Positions 42,901 to 56,907 of a DNA stretch of 64,000 bases are shown here, piece after piece. The stretch spans positions 715,262 to 779,261 of the forward strand of contig NW_002060963.1 of the NCBI RefSeq assembly GCF_000150275.1. The letters run 5' to 3'. The notes beneath the pieces were generated by a model. The model saw nothing but the letters and a program-made list of their open reading frames with translations, had not been told where the DNA came from and did no database searches. This DNA comes from Trichoplax adhaerens (Eukaryota > Animalia > Placozoa). The position numbers were made by a program, and so were the translations under genes. The number at the start of each line of letters is the position of its first letter. Within the stretch, counting starts at the first letter, position 1.

Positions 42901-45900
42901 CTCCAAAATGAAAGAATTAATTTTATACTACGCGTTAAATATGTACACTTCGCTTCAATATATATTTCTTAAAGGTCAAAATATTTAATAAAGCAGTGCT
43001 AGATATTCATTTACTATAGTTTAAAACATTATGCTTAAGAAACGGCTTCCGAAATAATTTTTTCCAGAAATATATTTCGCAACTTACCAGCAATTTCTAT
43101 CAGTCTTTAAACATTGGGTATATTTAAAATTATTCTGATCGCATTGTGGAATATAGTGAGATAAAGTAAATGAATCTGGATTTCCTGTTTTGGTCGATGA
43201 TAACACGTAGGCAACATTATTGACTTCAATAATGCTTTTATTGTAAGTAGTAAAATGAGTATCTTGATAAGTTAACGATGAATGGCGTAAGGTTAAGCAG
43301 CCAGGAACTAGATTTGAGATGATGTAATGGTCGAAAGGAAATAGTTATTTTTAATATCATATTGACCAATATTAAAATTTATAAGTCTTATTTATTTGAT
43401 TAAATTTGCAAAGCTTTACTTCGTGTATAACATTGGACATTGTTTCCAAAGTTATCAAAAAATCCTACTGTGCAACTGCCGCAAGGGATAATCCTACACG
43501 ACAGATCTCTGCAAGTTACATCGCCGCTGCATTCGGAAATGTTACATTTAACTAGAGGTTTCTCAGGTGGGCAAACTATATAGATGGGTATATGGGTGTT
43601 GCATGTTAATAATGTGAAATATAAATGGAATTCACTTCAAGACAATTTTTAACGGTAAATATATTGTCGTATTCAGTAACACTTACCTAGATTTTGAGTT
43701 TTCTTGACAAAGTTTACATATTCCTTACTTTCTATAGGTACACCAATTATTAGTCAGTATAATTTTAACTATGGCCATTAATTAAATACCATTTTTTATC
43801 AAATATGATCATTTGTTATACTAGTACAATCTACTGATACGTATATAACTGATTAATATCCTTATAAAATTCGTATAGGAACATACGTATAGTTATCGCT
43901 TTTATGTGAGCCTTATCATGACTCAAAGCATCAATTTTTAACACTCGGTTAACAATACTGATTGCCAATATCATATTTCGAGTAAGGTAGGGTAAATAAC
44001 TAACTCATTCCCGCAAACAATGTAATTTCAACCACGTAATAATAGTATTCATATTTTGGCTAATAAAATCATTCATATATAAACGAGGAGGATATCGTAG
44101 GAGTATCTGTAAAGCGCAATCTTTCATACGTACAAAATTCGTTCTATATATGAAATAATATTTTTACCAGCTGTATTCGGGAATGTACATTTCCGACCGC
44201 AGTCTGTGAAGCAACATTTCTTGTCACCTACACAATCTGTGTCGGTTAAACAGTTATTGGAACAGGGATCATTATTGCCTGTCGTCCATGGAGCAGGACA
44301 AAATCCAGATTTTTGAGAATTGGCTATAAGTAATGAAAAATTGCAAGCTATCTTTGATTGATAGACTCGAGCTAGCATTTCAGAGCATGATATAGCACTC
44401 TACTTAATTACAAAATTTGTTAATTGCTAAATAAATAATCAAATCTGTATATACTATTAGAATATCACGTTACTTCTAACCTTTAACATTAGCACAAAGC
44501 GGTACGCCACGTATTCTAGTGCCAGAGATTTCATTGCCATAATTATCAACGCACCAGCATAGACCAAGTGTGTCCATACATTGAACTTTATCGTATGAAC
44601 CATCTCGCTGACATTTAGGCACAAAGACGCCAACAGTTAGGTTTTGATGGCTTTCTACGCTAGCTGCTTTATATGCGGCAAGTTGATGGCGTCTACATAA
44701 TGTATTACCTACATGAAATAGAATAAGATTAGAAGGAGAAGTGCTAAGTCGATATTTTCGTTACAACGGTTAGCATTTCACCTATAAGGCAAGTGCAAGT
44801 ATAACATCCATTATCATCTTTTGTGTATCCATTTGGGCACGGTTTAGGACAGTCAAACTTAATACACCCTGCAAAAATTGCACTGATGAAGTAATTCGTG
44901 CTCATAGCATTTCTTAATGATAAATATTAGCAATCTCAATTCTACGGATTGAATTAATTACTTGGAGAACAGTCACAAGTTCGGCAACCATTAGGATCTT
45001 TAACAACAGACGAACAACCAACTACAGTACACCGTAGGCGCGGACAGGTAGGAACTAAAGAAGAATTAGCAAGAAATGAAATAGAAATTTATAACATGTT
45101 ATAACATACCAGGATTACTGACAAGATTGTAAGGAAATGATAGTAGCCTACAACTCAGCTAAATTTTATGAGTAAAGCTGATTTTATGGCATCAATCATC
45201 ATAAAATCATTACCGTTAATACATCTCGGAACTAACGGGCAAGGTTCGCTTGTGCATGTTTGATTAGCAAGACGGCATTCTAGATTACATGGCTATAACA
45301 AGAGAAGTATTCTATAACTGCAATCTCACGTAATAAATTTGCAAAAGGAAACTGCCCTGTAGAATCATGTTTTAATAGTAGTTAAGGTGTTACTCAATAT
45401 TGCATTACTTCGCCAAAACATTGAGATGTTCTATTTTCATATTCTTTGCGAAAGGTCCGATCTAGGTATAATTAAAAAAGATGTTACTATACTATATAGA
45501 TAATTCATGGTTAAAGTTAAAGAATAAGGGATGATTTATTTACTGCTATTACTACATCGCTTACAGTCGTCTGTAATTGGTTCCGTACATTCCGTACCAC
45601 ATCCATTAGTGCAGCATTTTTTACTACCTGAACAATCACTATCGTTACCACATAATGCTACACACGACCCAGCGTTTTCGAATGTTCTTCCAGGGCACAT
45701 TCCTACTTCTAAACGTTTAAAGATTAGAAAGATAAATTTAATTATTAGCAAGCGATATGTTGAATTTTGATACTGTAATTGATACAACTTACTGGCATCG
45801 GCGCACAGCAATACTTGCGTCTAGTTCGTTATGGGGGAAGAAAGGATATAAAATAGGGCATGTTAATGATGTAGCATAAAGACTGTAATAGCTATCGTAC

Positions 45901-46113
45901 AGTTACAATGTGTATCATACAGCTTCAAAAATGGATATCATATCGTCTATTCCATAGTATGGTGAGAATAATCAAGGAATGATTAAGGTAATTATTAATC
46001 TGCGAACTACAAGTATAAGAATTTTAACAGTTCGATATCGACCGACTTTATCAAAGACTTACGCCGTAAAGTAGAAAAACGAATAGCAACCGATGTCGAT
46101 ATCTCGTGGCCAT
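36949..46113 (-). CDS. Type I membrane multidomain protease-inhibitor-like protein: signal peptide, 4 WAP, 2 antistasin-like, 5 thyroglobulin type-1 and 2 other Cys-rich domains, juxtamembrane domain, TM helix, short tail
   Basis: Start MATRYRHRLLFVFLLYG|TQVLLCADA (46113-46063, 45820-45793). WAP exons ~45708-45565, 44323-44168, ~41503-41345, ~39757-39602. Antistasin-like 45054-44962 and 44868-44782 (CPNGYTKDDNGCYTCTC). TY domains (QC..CWCV/CWCS) 44708-44481, ~43307-43088+42571-42525, ~41878-41618, ~40413-40229+40021-39953, ~39206-38983. TM SISAIVAVSVTGSVGVIVIIFVIC in the exon ending ~37376. Last exon EDAHYVDSDIDSINGPIKM* ends 36949. A few internal boundaries are uncertain. Confidence 0.85.
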
Positions 46114-48687
46114 ATCTATCACGATTTCTTCGATGTTCCTAAAACCCTAAATTCTAAGAAATAGTCGTTAGCTGTAAATTATACGTAAAGGTACATTTTG
46201 CTACCTATCTACGGAACAAATATTAGCTTTATCTAATACCAATACTGGAACTACAGAAGAATGCAGTGTGTAATGAAGACGAAAGAGCATGCTTTACGTT
46301 TGTTACTAACATCAATTAATTTTTATATTATATCGCTGCCAATTTAAAATGTACGTGAATAAGATTTTTTTCTTTACAAGGAAATGTAATAATGAAAAAT
46401 GCAGATAGCTTTACCTCTTTTGTTAGGATTTAACAGATGATATTTTTTTACCCAATTTTAGCTGGACTATGCACTCTTGTATTTGTTATAGATCTTCTGG
46501 TTACGACTTGCTAATATGCCATGCATAACAGTTTCGATTAAAAATAATTTGAGGAGTCAGAAATTACCAGATCTCATCTTCAAACGGTATTTCATAATTA
46601 AATTACTAGTGAACATATGATTTACTGCAATTAGCTGCCATAGGCCTGTCACGAGCCGGCAATGATTAATTTAATTTCTTTTATTTCCCTGTTTATATTC
46701 TGATAGATTAAAGCTGCAAGTTATTGATTGCATCCATCAATTCGATAGCAGATAGCTAGTGTACATTTTTACAAATTATGCGCGCATCGAATGCAGCCTC
46801 TTGTAGATCTTATAATGAAATATGACAGTCTTCAATATAAATGTCGTGATGGTGCGAATAAATCAAATAATATGGATGGTATTGCATCCACCTCTGTGTG
46901 TAATTGCGGCGATCTACGCACAAATGTGCAAATTAATACTTATTGTCTATGTTGAATATTTCGTTGATTATCTACAACCTTAAATTACATTCTTATAGCT
47001 AGCTAATACCTTTACTACTTGAAAAGGTATAATTGACGCAAGATATTATACATAACACGCGGTTACAATTAATTATCAGCGTAAATATAAATTAGTGATT
47101 CTTCTACTATGGTTTTAATGATTTTAATTTTGCGACAGTCCGTAGTTCCCTTTGATTACGAATTTATTCCAAATTTTAAATTTTAATCAGAATAGAAATT
47201 AACAACTAAATTATAGTTTATATGGATATCATGATTGGATTTAACGATTAATAAGGTGAATTTATAATTGAAAATATAGTTTGGTTAACTTCACAAGTAA
47301 GGAGTATATTAGCTACTGGTTCTTAAGCAGCTATTTTATTTATACAAACTACAACAATATGCTAAGAAAGTTCAAATTTGCAAATCAGCGATTTGCTGTA
47401 CACTGTACACAGTTGATGGTGCCTATTTAGGATGATTATGATGAAAAGTCCAGTCAGAATACTAGTTTGAACGTGCATAGTGGAGTGAAATGCAGATCAT
47501 AGCCACGGAAAAATACCATACTATAATTAATTCTTCCCTGCATGACAGTAATCTCGGAAAGAAGTAGCATCCACCATACTGTAGGAATTATCACGAAGAA
47601 CCCCTTAACTCAAGTTTCATAACGAGTGTCCTCAACTCCTCATACCCATCATTACTGTATTTTGGATACCGTACTCAATCACTTCACTATACAGTACCGT
47701 CCATTTTTCATATTCTTGGTCAGCGACGTGTAGAAGAATTTCCTCTTACAAGTCCCTGACTTAGCTGCAACTGAAATATAGGCTCATGGAAGCATGGAGA
47801 CACTAAAATACTCGTAGGTCGAGTTTTAGGAGTCCATGATGAAAGATGAAAGTGATGACGAACTCGTTCATGGCAAGAGAGGGACAGGAAATGGCGCTAG
47901 GTGTGGTAAAAAATAGGCAGACAATTATTTTGCTGGTCATTTGAACTGAACCGTACGTCTGTAATGGGACGCTGTACTATTCCGTAATACAGTATGAGCT
48001 GGTCAACCAAAATGACATGACGTGCCCGGTGGTTCCGTTTCAGTTCGTTTGACCCATTTGGAAGAGGATGAGGACAGACGGACTAGCAGCAGCCGCAGTC
48101 GTGGAGTACCCAATAATGCGAGAGCTGATCATTTTTCTGGTCATTCTATAGTACAGTAGGCTACCCCAGAAACTCTATACAGTACTGTATTACAATGATA
48201 TCCATGGACAGGGTAGTGTATCGTTTCAGACATACGCTTCAATTGGAATGACTAGCAAAAACTAGTCTGGCCGCATTTTGACTCCAGTTGCACGTCCGTC
48301 CGTAGTACTGGTACCGTACTTGTACTCCAGTCGTATCACGTGTTCACCGTGGCCAGTAGAGTGACTTGACAAGGTAGTACCGTACCGTACCGTACTGGTC
48401 TTCCTTGTCTCTTGATACGATGGAGGCTATGAAGGGATTTTGCTATAGTGGCTTCTGAGGAAATGAGTAGGGCATGGAACAGCATACTGCCCTCTTCAAA
48501 TGGCAAACTGGTTCCCATCGGGTCCAGATCGGATCGTTTCCAATGGTAGAAGAGATCGAATGAACTTGGTTGCTTAGCTGTTAGGCCTAGACTTCGGCAA
48601 AATTAAGTATTTTGCTGAAATAAAATTGACTCTTAGGTTTTACTTGAGTATTAATAGTAGATAGTATTAGAGTGGTAGAAATTGAAT

Positions 48688-50238
48688 ATGACTTACCTAG
48701 ATACATGGGAAGAATTTGCTGCTGCATCTGAAAGCTTGTATCAATCCGATGCGGTCAATGTGAGTATGGAGACTAACGATCCAGCAGGAGGATGAGCTCC
48801 TGTCAGTAGAGCTAAATGGCTTCTACTCTGTTTTACATAATGACTTTGCCTCTTATTTTCAGTGTAGAATACAATATCTTAACAGTAATAATGAGAATGT
48901 TATGATACGATGAATTACAATATTGCTGTGGAACAATATTCCGTGAGGAATACTCTACTTAGGAGTAGTGTAATATCATGAGAAAGGAAAGTAAACTACG
49001 TAACTACAGCGTTATTTAGATTGAACGCCCAATGCTTGCCTCGTTGACGAGCATCCTGTAGTGAGTAGAGAAGTGACAATTTTATGGTAAAACATAGGAT
49101 AGAGAAAATGCATGGAGATAATAGTATTATACTTACTGGAATGGTCAGTTGATAGTAACACTACTGCCTATAGTAGCGCTAAGAATGCATCGTCTTTCCA
49201 TTTCCGTAATAGCAGCCAAAACTGTCACTAAAGTCTTTAGGATTACTCCCAATCATGATCATTACTCAATCAATTTGAACTGTTACGGAATAAAAAATGT
49301 TCACAGGATCCATCGTTAGACTTTATATTACTGATATACGCAAAGTATTTCAAGAGTGAGATATGAAATTCCAATTGCGATATAAAGAATCTTACTTTTG
49401 GACTTTTGTCTGTCTGCACTGCAATAGCTACACCCTTTGAATTATGGTGATGCTAAGATTTGGGTTGAATTTAATTCAAGGATCGATATGCTCTCAATCA
49501 TATTTACTTAGCTTCTTTTACTGTATCCTGCTGCTTAATTATAGCAGATTAATCTAGTCTCAAAGTAGCTACCTAAATTAATAATGTTCAAGTATTGTTT
49601 GTCGCGATTATAAATTCTTTCAATCTTGACCGATTAGACTAACAGATCGATACTTGATTAATGTTGCTTTTAGTTTCGCTTTGTCTGGAAGTATCGTCAC
49701 AGCGATGGCAAACTTATAGCCAAGGCCACCAATAACAAAGTGGTAAGTGAATATATTATCACGCTTTTGGCGTTTACATTGGCTAAAGAAATCCAAACTA
49801 CTCTACAATATATAGCTTAATGCTAAATGTAAACTGACTCTCAGTATGGCCAAAATGGCGTCATTCTACTTCTGTACTGTTTGCACTACATTTTCAAATG
49901 AGGCAGTTCAATCTAGATAATTTATTGGCATTTGCAAACATTATATTTTATCAATAATTCATTAAGATACGAAATCGATAGTGATAATTATACCTGTTGT
50001 GAATGGCATCAAACATGCTGCTCTAGATGATCATATTGTTACAGTCAAAGCGGATTTGTGAAGTAAATTTTCTAATTTTGTCTTGTAATTTTTTAGGATA
50101 TCAATAGCATACTTCTGTACTAATATATCGCTCTCATGTTCAATCTAGTGCTTAAAATATCGAACCGATCAGATCCAGGATGTGAAAAAATTGGAAAAAT
50201 TAAGCAGTACTCTAATGAGACTAATGGTTTCAAAGTAA
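48688..50238 (+). CDS. SRP9: Signal recognition particle 9 kDa protein; 76 aa, 3 exons
   Basis: Exons 48688-48759, 49674-49742, 50149-50238: MTYLDTWEEFAAASESLYQSDAVN|FRFVWKYRHSDGKLIAKATNNKV|CLKYRTDQIQDVKKLEKLSSTLMRLMVSK*. Absent from the ORF track. Confidence 0.95.
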
Positions 50239-51454
50239 TTGGAAAGAGTTTAACTGTGCTGTTTCTATAAAATATACTTTTAATCAATACCGATTACGTC
50301 CAACTGCTAAGGAGATATCGATGCCAAAGTAATATTGGTTGATACTGAAATCAGCAAACAAATGTACAAATTGCCAATAGGTGATTTCATTTTTACCTTT
50401 TACGGTGTATAATATTGCCGTAATTGGGTTATCTACCAACTTGGTCTAACTCAATTCTTACTCGATGTGGATATCACAAACTGATCATGAACATTGTCAT
50501 TTTTGGTGTCATGCTACTGACTTATGTATTATTGTGAATTATGTTGCGGTACCAACTTGTTAAGCAAAGTTTGAACATCTGTAGCATTGGCTGTACCTAT
50601 GCAAATATTTTAATTTGCTTATTCTGTGCTAAAGATGTTTTAGATTTAGACTCATTAATAAAATTGCGTTAACACTCTTCATAAGCGAAGCTTTTAATTC
50701 GCCGTCAATGTCACGTAAATGTCTTATATTCTTTGATAAAAGTTATCTATGCTAGATTACATAATTCTGACACAAATTAATCTAACAGTAATTGACTTTA
50801 TTTACTGTATGAACTTATTATTCCAGCACGTAATTGTACAAAAACGTCCTATAAAGGTGCGAGTATCGCTCTATAGTCGACTCTTTTCTTAGTTGAATAT
50901 TTACATTATTTAAATAGCCTGAGTCGCAGTAAAGAAGACAGCGTATAAATTTTTAGAAAATGCCCAAGCTTTACAATGCATAGAAAAGTATATTCATAAA
51001 GCTGCATCGTGTACATATTTTACTCTTTACGGCAGTGGCGAGTGACAAAGACATTAAATTTGTAGGACTATTAACTAAACACAAAATTTATCAATATTGT
51101 GAATAAAATTATTTACAATCATGAAATTTAGTATCTATATTTAAACAGTTGAAAAACTTTTACTATGCAATCAAATTGCAGCAAATATTCAGTATTTACA
51201 AATACATGTCGTACATTAAGTAATACGTCGTAAAAGATGTGTTTTTATCAATTGGGTCAATAATTACAATATTATTTTCATCAAGTTACTAATAATTAAT
51301 CCGCATTTACTATAGCTGCATTCATATACTATAAAATTGATAATTTTAACTATCAATAGCTAAAGCAGCAAGCAGTATATCATTCATTCAATAGCAGCCT
51401 AGACCATCCAGTTGTATCTTCTTTTAATTGTTATTTTTTTCAGTACTACCACGC

Positions 51455-54400
51455 TCATCCAGTAGTAGGTAGTGACGGGAAAGCGATAGTTTTACTTAGC
51501 ATAAAAGATAAATCAGGTAGTTTTGCAAGTATAGATTTTGCCTCATCACTTAAATTCTCATTACTCTCCGTACTACTATTGCGAACAAATGCGATAAAAT
51601 GCGCAGCATTGCTTTGCTCTTTCTTTTCTTTGACCGGAGTTTGAAGAGGAGAAATACCTAAATTTAATAGATCTTTTTCGTAAAGACCTGAAGAATAAAT
51701 AATAAAATAGTTAATGATACACGAGTATAGCACCAGGTAATTTTAATTAAAACGAATAATGCAACTTTACCTTTATCACCTACGGAGTCTTCCATTGTCA
51801 GTGAAAATATATCCATATATTTATTTTCTTTAGACTCTTCTGGAAAATTTCAATTCAGTCTGGAATTAGTACAACTTGGAGAATGCTCTTAATAATGCTA
51901 TAAACATGCAGTACTGTCTAAAAAAGCAAGCATTATATCGTGATAGAACTGATATATTATATACCGCGTTTGGTATTAACACTCTCTGAGGAGCTTTCAG
52001 TGATATTAAGGAAGTCAAAAACTGTAGTCGACGGATCTACAAATCAGTAAGAAGAGCGATAATTACAAAAAGTAATTTATACAATATAATAATCCATATT
52101 CGGTATTACTAATACTGTAGTATTGACTCAATAATACGAGAATGCAGCTTCAGTTATACTGCATAAATAGCACATTAATATACATTATATGCTCATTTTT
52201 TTGTATGTGTACTTACTAGACTTGATCATAGTGCTGGACGGCGTGGGTTTTCCAATCCCAGGCGACGACATTGCTCCTCCCTTACATTTTATAAATTATA
52301 ATAAGATCTTCAATCACGTACATTGTATCAAAAATAATGGCTTCTATTTCGTGAGCAAAAATATACGCTTTGAAGTGCAGTGATATCGTTTGCACAGATA
52401 GCGTACAATTATAACATCAAATAGCTACGAACCAGAAAGTCATCCAGCTCCCCAAAGGCATTACCAAAATTGTCTTGCATGCCAGCTTGTTTGTTTGGGT
52501 CCATCTTAATGGTCTATAGTGTTACATCAGATATAATACAAATTATTATTATATGCACACTTCTTGGAATAGATATTCTACAGGAGTATTATTGTGGGGC
52601 ATTACAAATAATGTTTGGTTAGTCATAAGAGTCTGCATTAATAAAGTTATATTAACCTTGGAGGCATTTAAACTTGCCGCAGTCTTACCAAATTTTTCGA
52701 AAAAAACAAGTAAGTTTGTTACAAAAATAGAAAATAGGCAATATAAAGTGCAATATTAATAAGAATACCAAGGCTTTTAGATCGACTCCGACAGAATTCA
52801 AAAGACTCTTTTGATTGCAGGAATCCGTCCATACAAAAGTATAATCTTGCTCCGTTTCGATGATAGTTTTCCACATTTTGCTACGTTTAAACATTGTGTT
52901 TACATTGAGTTACCATTTAAAGACAATATGCCCCATTCATTATAACGGAACCGACACACATGATTCTACAGTATATCTCCTATTAGCATATTGCCATAGC
53001 TATAAAAATATATTAAATATACTCTTACTTGCAGCGATTGCGATTATACAACTCTTTTTCTAATAATTGAAAATTTGAACCATTTACAATTTTATTATTT
53101 TTTGTTTGGAACGTTTGATTAACAGTCTCTTGGATAAGTGTAGAAGTGATATATGCAGGAGCCTATAATTAAGTGGAATAATGTAATGGGGTCATTCTTA
53201 GTACATTCAAGCTTCTTAAGTATATATTTTCATAACTAAAGATTATAAGCCATAAATTTAGAACGACATAATAATTTTTTTACCTTCATCGATAAATTAC
53301 TATTAGAATGTTGGGGTAATTTCGGTATACCAGGAGCTTTTGCTGTTGAGACATTGCTAAAGTTGCTTTTGTGCAAGCTTTTGTCTTGAATATTCTTAGT
53401 ACTACCGGGCGATTTAAATTCTCCAAATTCGCCAAAGTCGTCATCGTTAGGGTTGACTTTTGGTTTTTCATCCAATGTGTAATTTTGTGGCGTTTCAAAG
53501 TCACCAAAGTCGTCATCTTTAGGCAAGACTTTTGGTTTTTCATCCAATGTGTAATTTTGTGGCGTTTCAAAGTCACCAAAGTCATCATCTGCAGATAAGG
53601 TGTTTGGCTTTTCATTAATAGTGTTGTTATTTTGTGGAGTTTCAAAATCACCAAAATCGTCATCGTCATTAGTATGTCCCGCTGATGAAGAATTATCTTC
53701 AACAGTGGTAGTCGAAGGGTGTAAAGATTTAAAGTCCCCAAAGCCGTCTTCGCCAAAATCATTTGTTGCTGGTATATTAGCACTTTTTGCTGATTCTAAG
53801 TTATCAACTTTATTGCTATTATTTTGTTGCACCGACTTGAAATTTCTAAAATTGGCATAATCATCGGCATTCTTTGATGTAGCTATTTCAGTAGTATTTT
53901 GTTCTGTCGAACTGAAACCTTCAAAGTTAGCAAAGTCATCAGTATTACTTGGCGTATCGGCTACAGCCGTATTTTGTTGCGTCAACTTGGAATCTCCAAA
54001 ATTAGCAGAATCATCAGTATTACTTGATGTATCAACTGCAGTGGTATTTTGCTGCGGTGACTTGAAATCTCCAAAATTAGCAAAGTCATCGGTATTACTT
54101 GAGGTAGTAGTTACAGTAACGTTTTGTTCCATCGACTTGAAATCTCCAAAGTTAGCAAAGTCGTCAGTATTACTTGATACAGTAGTGTTTCGTTCCGTTG
54201 ACTTCAAATTTCCAAAGCTAGCAAAGTCATCAGTATTATTTGATGTAGTAGTTACAGCAGTGTTTTGGTCTGTCGACTTTAAATCACCAAAATTAGCAAA
54301 GTCATCCGTATCATTTGATGTAGTAGTTAGAGGAGTGTTTTGGTCTGTCGACTTGAAATCTCCAAAGTTAGTAAAATCATCAGCATTACTTGACGCAGTA

Positions 54401-56031
54401 GTTACAGTCGTGTTTTGTTCCATCGATTTAAAATCTCCAAAATGACCAGAATTATCGTCAGTTTTATCTATCAAAGCTAATTCTGATTTTTTAGAAACAG
54501 TTGGTTGCTGTACTAAATTAAAGTCACCGAAGTGATCAACACTATCTTCAGCTTGTTTTTCAGTAGCATTTGATTCCTTGGACTCCAATGGAATTACACC
54601 AGCTTTCAATTTATTTGACTGATCTAGATTCTTGTTGGTATTTAGTTGATTGATAGAATTTTGTGAATCAAGTGTGGAATTATCCGGGATGCGATTTTCG
54701 GTAAGAGTGTTCTCGTTATCTTGCCTATCCAATCTAGGATGAAATAAATCATCTTCATCGCCGTGTCTTTCAGTGACTGCTTGCTGAGTAAAATTAGCTT
54801 GAAATCCACTGTTAGTCGAAGCAGTATCAGTAGCATTGACATTGATCTTCTTTGTCTTTTCTTCAACAGTCGCATTACTCTTCTGATCTGAGTCCAGGTT
54901 GACAGTCTTCAAGCTAGCACCATCATTAGTACCAGATTCAGAGCTTGCAAAAGGATAATTCAAGGTTTCAGTTGCAGCATTGGTATCGATGACGCTATCA
55001 TTGATTTGGCCAATGGTGTCTGTATTTTCTTTGCTTTGTGTCATGATATCACTTTGCTCTTGCACCGATGGAAAAAGATTTGACGGCTTATAATTAGGAG
55101 ATGCAAATGCTGTATCAGGATAATCACTTTCAAAATCAGTTAACGTAGTAGGCCCAATATCCAGTGAATCTTGCCTATCCGTCAAATCATCTAATGGCGG
55201 TGGTGTATGTATATATGGTGGGGAGTCACTTTTACTTTCTGCCACTTTAGTATCCTCTTTAGCCGTTGTTGGTGAAGACAGCATTGAAAACTGGTCAAAG
55301 TTACTATTGTTATCCTTTTGCGTTTCAGGTTTCGAGCTACTGGGAAAAGTAGCTCCCCACTGCAAATCTTCATCATCCTCCCTCTCATAATCATTTGCTT
55401 TGCTACTAGTGGAAGGATTGCTGAAATCAGCTGCGAACCAATTACTTTCGCTTTGGTTGGTGGTATCGTTGGAGAATGATGCGAAAGCAGTAAAACCATC
55501 GCCAGCAGTATTACTCTCTGTCGAGAATGGAGGAGCATTGATTTGCTGCTTACTATCATCGTTGGAGAACGATGGAAAAGCCACAAAATCATCGCCAGCA
55601 GTAGTATTACTGTCAGGCAAGGATGGAGGAAGATGTGTTTCACTCTTGACATCTTTGTTCTCCACATTGTGGGTATTGGATTTTGCTCCTTTCTCCGTTC
55701 GATTCTCTTGATCGGATCGCAACTCAGTTTGATCGGTATGGCTGTTGACATCTCTCTCACCTTGAGGCTTTTGAAAATCAAACTGGGCTCCACTTAATAC
55801 ACTAGGAAAGGCAAAATCATCCTCATCACCGTATTCATTAGTAGTCAGAGGTGGAGGGCCATCGAAATCAGGTGGTGATGATGACAGCATATCCATAGCT
55901 GGTGGTGGACACTGTGACGCCTGTTTGACACCGATTGGATTGGTGGTGGAACTCTTGGTCTCAGTATGGAAACCACTTTGAAAAGAATCAAATTCATCAT
56001 CATTTTCGTCCATATTATCAATCATATCCAT
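51455..56031 (-). CDS. AFTPH: Aftiphilin-like AP-1/clathrin accessory protein
   Basis: Large acidic first coding exon 56031-53284 with many DDFGDF/FANFGDF motifs. Conserved exon ~52881-52769 (MWKTI..YTFVWTDSCNQKSLLNSVGVD). Last exon ends ..AKSILAKLPDLSFMLSKTIAFP..* at 51455. Small internal exons between 51770 and 52712 only partly resolved. Confidence 0.88.
53430..54450 (-). repeat. Intragenic coding tandem repeats in aftiphilin (~25-aa DDFANFGDFKS units and 24-aa DDDFGDFETPQN units)
   Basis: Visible in the 931-aa ORF translation and as ~72-75-bp DNA periodicity. Confidence 0.9.
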
Positions 56032-56907
56032 AAGAAATGGAAGAGCAAGTAATACAAATCAAGGATGATGTAGTATCCTTTAATCTACGATTCAACGGTT
56101 GATTGAATTACGTCAAATGGGGTAAATATCGACTGCTTTTCCACAACACCAATGCACTACTACATAAAATAGACAGTATAGAGGTCAAGCAATCACAGTA
56201 GTTACACCAACTTATGGCAGTCATTGGATGACAAATACAAGTACAAATATCAAATAAATAGTATCGATAGGAACAGCTAGTTATTGATGATGATTACAAA
56301 GTGATTCAATATTACCTTGTTTTAATATTCATACAGTAATAACGAAATGAATCTTCCTTAATCGCTTAGGCCTCCATAACTTCGTCAATCGACGAAGGTT
56401 GCGTCGCAGTCACAGTCTGGTGCCACTCCACCTGTACTGTCCACCTCATACTGTACGACTAGCATGTCTCGTGACCGCCAATTTTCTCTTACTTCTACAC
56501 TATGCTGGGCAGTCGTAACTGGTCGCGGCTTCAAGCAGTCTCTAGGGTATTTGCGCATGGTAAACTGAGTGACTGTACTCTTTACTACTGCACCGTTGTA
56601 CTCATGCGCAAGGAAACCAAGAAAGAAGTACAGTGTACAGTGTACAGTACAGTATACTGCACACTGTACTGTATCAATCATGAAAAAGATTTGGACAGTC
56701 TGGAACGGCTCGGTCCGGTCTGGTTCGGCTCGTTCGTGCTGAAACCGTACAGTACTGCTCACTGTACACTGTACACTGTACAGTACAATGTATAGTACAG
56801 TGTACAGTACAATACCACAGTCAGTCTGTCCTGTAATCCGTGAGTTATTTACCGTAGAATTAATGAATCAACAGTAGTAAATTTCCCCTTCAAGTCATTT
56901 GAAGTTG

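Noticed and set aside
53286-55797. Several long alternative-frame and antisense ORFs (up to 200 aa)
   Set aside because: Shadows of the low-complexity aftiphilin exon.
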